Below are positions 37,809 to 39,942 of a stretch of 39,942 nucleotides of DNA, in pieces. The notes under the pieces are model-generated. The model did no database searches, was not told the DNA's origin, and saw nothing but the letters and a program-made list of their open reading frames with translations. Both the position numbers and the translations under genes were made by a program. Position 1 is the first letter of the stretch, and every line of letters starts with the position of its first letter. The DNA comes from Candidatus Poseidoniaceae archaeon (GTDB taxonomy: Archaea; Thermoplasmatota; Poseidoniia; Poseidoniales; Poseidoniaceae): contig JAKMGM010000113.1 in NCBI GenBank assembly GCA_022424925.1, forward strand, positions 1 through 39,942, given 5' to 3'.

Positions 37809-38276
37809 ATGGATGTCGTACGAGTCGCCATTTTACTGCTTCACCCCCTTCTTGCTTCGCTGCTTTTGGTTTGGATTTGGTGGCAATATTCGTGGCGCAA
37901 GAAAAGTTACGAATTGAAAGGTGATGAGCGAAAATCAGCGCTGTCAAGCCACGAGAAAAACGGCAACCGCCTGGTATGGGCCACTTTCTTTGTGATTTGC
38001 ATCGCCTTTCTCAGCCGCGCCTTCGTTGGTTGGCGAGAGGGAGAGGCTGTACTGACATCACTCATACCCGGCAGTCTTCACGGATTCATGGGACCTGTTG
38101 GTTTTGTGCTGCTGTTGGTGTTGGCTCGAATGGGGCGACAAGCACGCAATGCTCGCAAGAACGGTGAGTCGTTCAAACACATCGCATTGCGTCATGGAAG
38201 AGCAGCTGACTTGATTGTCGTGCTTGTTTTTCTGCATGCCTTCTTAGGATTCTTGTACATCTTTGCCGTTGTGTGA
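37809..38276 (+). CDS. DUF4079-like membrane protein with His-bearing helices
   Basis: About 4 TM helices with HP, HEKNG, SLHG, RHGR and LHAFLG (cytochrome b561-like His pattern). Confidence 0.7.
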   Translation: MDVVRVAILLLHPLLASLLLVWIWWQYSWRKKSYELKGDERKSALSSHEKNGNRLVWATFFVICIAFLSRAFVGWREGEAVLTSLIPGSLHGFMGPVGFVLLLVLARMGRQARNARKNGESFKHIALRHGRAADLIVVLVFLHAFLGFLYIFAVV

Positions 38277-39275
38277 TGCGTGAATTCGCAGCGTTTGTTC
38301 TCGATTTTTCCACGTCTCAATCCACTTCTCGAGGTTTGCCTCAATACCGGGTGGTTGAATCCTGCATCCGCATGCATTTGCGTGACCTCCACCGGTCGGA
38401 TCAAACATCGTGGCAAGTCGAGAAAGGTCGTATTTTCCTTGTCCGTTCTTAAGAAACGAATTGGCGTAAAAACTTGCAGAGAGCGCTGGGCGTTCGGGTG
38501 TTTCGATAGAACCATCCGCATAGCCGTGAATGATGCAGCACGCATCCGCATTGTCACCCGCCCAAGCGGTGACAAGGTAGCCGTTTGAACGAACTCCTTT
38601 TTCATCCATTCGGCATACTGCAAGGCGGTCGATAATTTCGGTATGCTTCTCAACTACCGCCTGCGCCGCCTCTCGCTCGTCACGCGCTCGGGCGATGTGG
38701 GGTACGATTTTTTGGTCGCTCAATACCTCAGCCAGCGTCGCTCCTTGCGAAAACAACAGCAACACATGATGCATGTGTTCAGTTTCCCTCAGTGAGAGCG
38801 AGCGAGCGAGTTGCAACACCGGACCGTCTTCAATAAAGTCCTCTCGCCGAATCTGGCCAGAATCGAGTGCGTCAACGATTGGCATGATTTCTTCTAAGTG
38901 TCGCAGGTCGATGAATGGACTGAGCACATCAAAGGCGAGACGTGCTGCTGATGGGGTTGCTTCCCAATGACATGTGCCTCCAGCCGATACGAATGCCTGC
39001 TCCTCTTGCGGGTTTGGTCGATTTGTTTGGTGGTGGTCAAGGTACCATCCACAGTCGGGATGAAACGGCAAGTCGACCATTGCTGTTGTACGGTCGATGA
39101 GTTCATCCATTGCCCCCGAGCGAACCAATGCTGCGTGGGCAAAATGCACCTCTGCTTCCGGGTTTGCAGCCTTCAGGACTGCAGCTGCACACAAACCATC
39201 GAGGTCGGAATCTGCAATGATTCTTCGAAAGTTGGGAAGACCGGCTTCCTCCAGCGTTGAACGTGCAGAGCCCAT
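38244..39275 (-). CDS. DHH/DHHA1 family phosphoesterase
   Basis: DSDLDG, VDLP, LDHH, PSAAR and GGGHANACG. ATG 39275 has TTCTTG 29 nt upstream. Confidence 0.9.
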   Translation of the reverse strand: MGSARSTLEEAGLPNFRRIIADSDLDGLCAAAVLKAANPEAEVHFAHAALVRSGAMDELIDRTTAMVDLPFHPDCGWYLDHHQTNRPNPQEEQAFVSAGGTCHWEATPSAARLAFDVLSPFIDLRHLEEIMPIVDALDSGQIRREDFIEDGPVLQLARSLSLRETEHMHHVLLLFSQGATLAEVLSDQKIVPHIARARDEREAAQAVVEKHTEIIDRLAVCRMDEKGVRSNGYLVTAWAGDNADACCIIHGYADGSIETPERPALSASFYANSFLKNGQGKYDLSRLATMFDPTGGGHANACGCRIQPPGIEANLEKWIETWKNREQTLRIHASHNGKDVQES

Positions 39276-39361
39276 AGGGTGTGCGTATCTACGCCGCTCA
39301 AGAAGGTTTTTGGAAGCCAAATCGCCAAAATAAACATGACCTATTGCTATGTCGAGTGGAC

Positions 39362-39772
39362 ATGGAGACTTCATGCGGCATTGTTTTGGTGAATTTCGGA
39401 ACCGTGTTGTTGCTGCAATACCCTCAGGGGCATTGGGATTTTCCGAAAGGTCACGTTGAGGATACCGATGATGACCATCACGCAACTGCACGCAGAGAAC
39501 TCAACGAAGAAACTGGAATTTCAGAAATTGATTTCGTTGCGGATTTCGTTGAACGCAGTGAATACTCCTATCGACACAAAGGCAAAAAACGCACCAAGCA
39601 AGTGTACTGGTACTTGGCAGAAACTGAACGCATCACGGTTTCCCTTTCGCATGAACATCGAGGCCACATGTGGTTGGATTGGGAGCAGGCGATGGAGCAG
39701 TTATCCCATGAAGAAACCCAACGCGTTCTTGAACAAGCCCACAAGCACATGGTTTCGCTTGGTAAAGACTGA
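39362..39772 (+). CDS. Nudix hydrolase, asymmetric Ap4A hydrolase-like
   Basis: SCGIV..LLLQYPQGHWDFPKGHVE..TARRELNEETGI..LSHEH. Confidence 0.9.
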   Translation: METSCGIVLVNFGTVLLLQYPQGHWDFPKGHVEDTDDDHHATARRELNEETGISEIDFVADFVERSEYSYRHKGKKRTKQVYWYLAETERITVSLSHEHRGHMWLDWEQAMEQLSHEETQRVLEQAHKHMVSLGKD

Positions 39773-39773
39773 T

Positions 39774-39941
39774 TCATTCTAAGAGCATTCGTTCACCCTC
39801 AGCACCGACTTTGTACAGTGCAGCCTGCTCAATACTGAATCCTGTCATGCTCGCATGCACAAGGGTAGTGAAGAAATAGACCCACTGCAAGCCCATCCAA
39901 GCTTTTTTGAGAGTTGGATGAGTAATAGGACAACTCCATGC
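39774..39941 (-). CDS. 3' end of an unidentified CDS (partial)
   Basis: Open frame from the window edge (AWSCPITHPTLKKAW...ERMLLE*), with its stop abutting the Nudix stop like other convergent pairs here. Confidence 0.55.
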   Translation of the reverse strand, partial: AWSCPITHPTLKKAWMGLQWVYFFTTLVHASMTGFSIEQAALYKVGAEGERMLLE

Positions 39942-39942
39942 A

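Noticed and set aside
39276-39491. Long head-to-head overlap of the DHH and Nudix ORFs (and N-terminal extensions of dsrE, pgk, xseA, AK6)
   Set aside because: Artefact of longest-ORF calling. Family motifs and promoter or SD positions support the shorter starts.
1-39942. CRISPR array, rRNA, tandem DNA repeats, tRNA introns, frameshifted pseudogenes
   Set aside because: None visible. Intergenic gaps are all under about 215 nt and the recognised genes appear intact.

Overview
Gene-dense archaeal core-genome segment of about 50% GC. The mix of archaeal information genes (pus10-rpl21e-rpoF-DUF655-ksgA, radA, ftsZ, AK6, archaeal pgk, A1-U72 initiator tRNA) with bacterial-type genes (xseAB, icd, RND/MMPL, Ca/H antiporter) and acidic surface proteins points to Marine Group II Thermoplasmatota (Poseidoniales); that taxonomy is inference. 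I support 41 CDSs (two partial) and two tRNAs (Thr-CGT, iMet-CAT). I found no mobile element, CRISPR array or rRNA. The most unusual items are: (1) a 1133-aa alpha-solenoid/TPR protein with an RGG tract and an apparently intact C-terminal PIN nuclease, near a DHH phosphoesterase and an Ap4A-type Nudix gene (possible RNA-decay locus); (2) a triple histone-fold protein downstream of an orphan DNA methyltransferase, an M24 peptidase and a C2H2 mini-protein; (3) a 363-aa RadA-N-like HhH/coiled-coil/Zn-ribbon protein upstream of ferredoxin and xseAB; (4) Pus10 carrying a basic tract and a SAP-domain insertion; (5) clustered TTCACTTT elements upstream of radA; (6) a degenerate TTCAAG-type promoter box 29-30 nt upstream of many leaderless starts, which I also used to refine start codons; (7) structured 5' leaders on rpl21e and the 363-aa gene. 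All calls come from motif recognition by eye; no searches were run.
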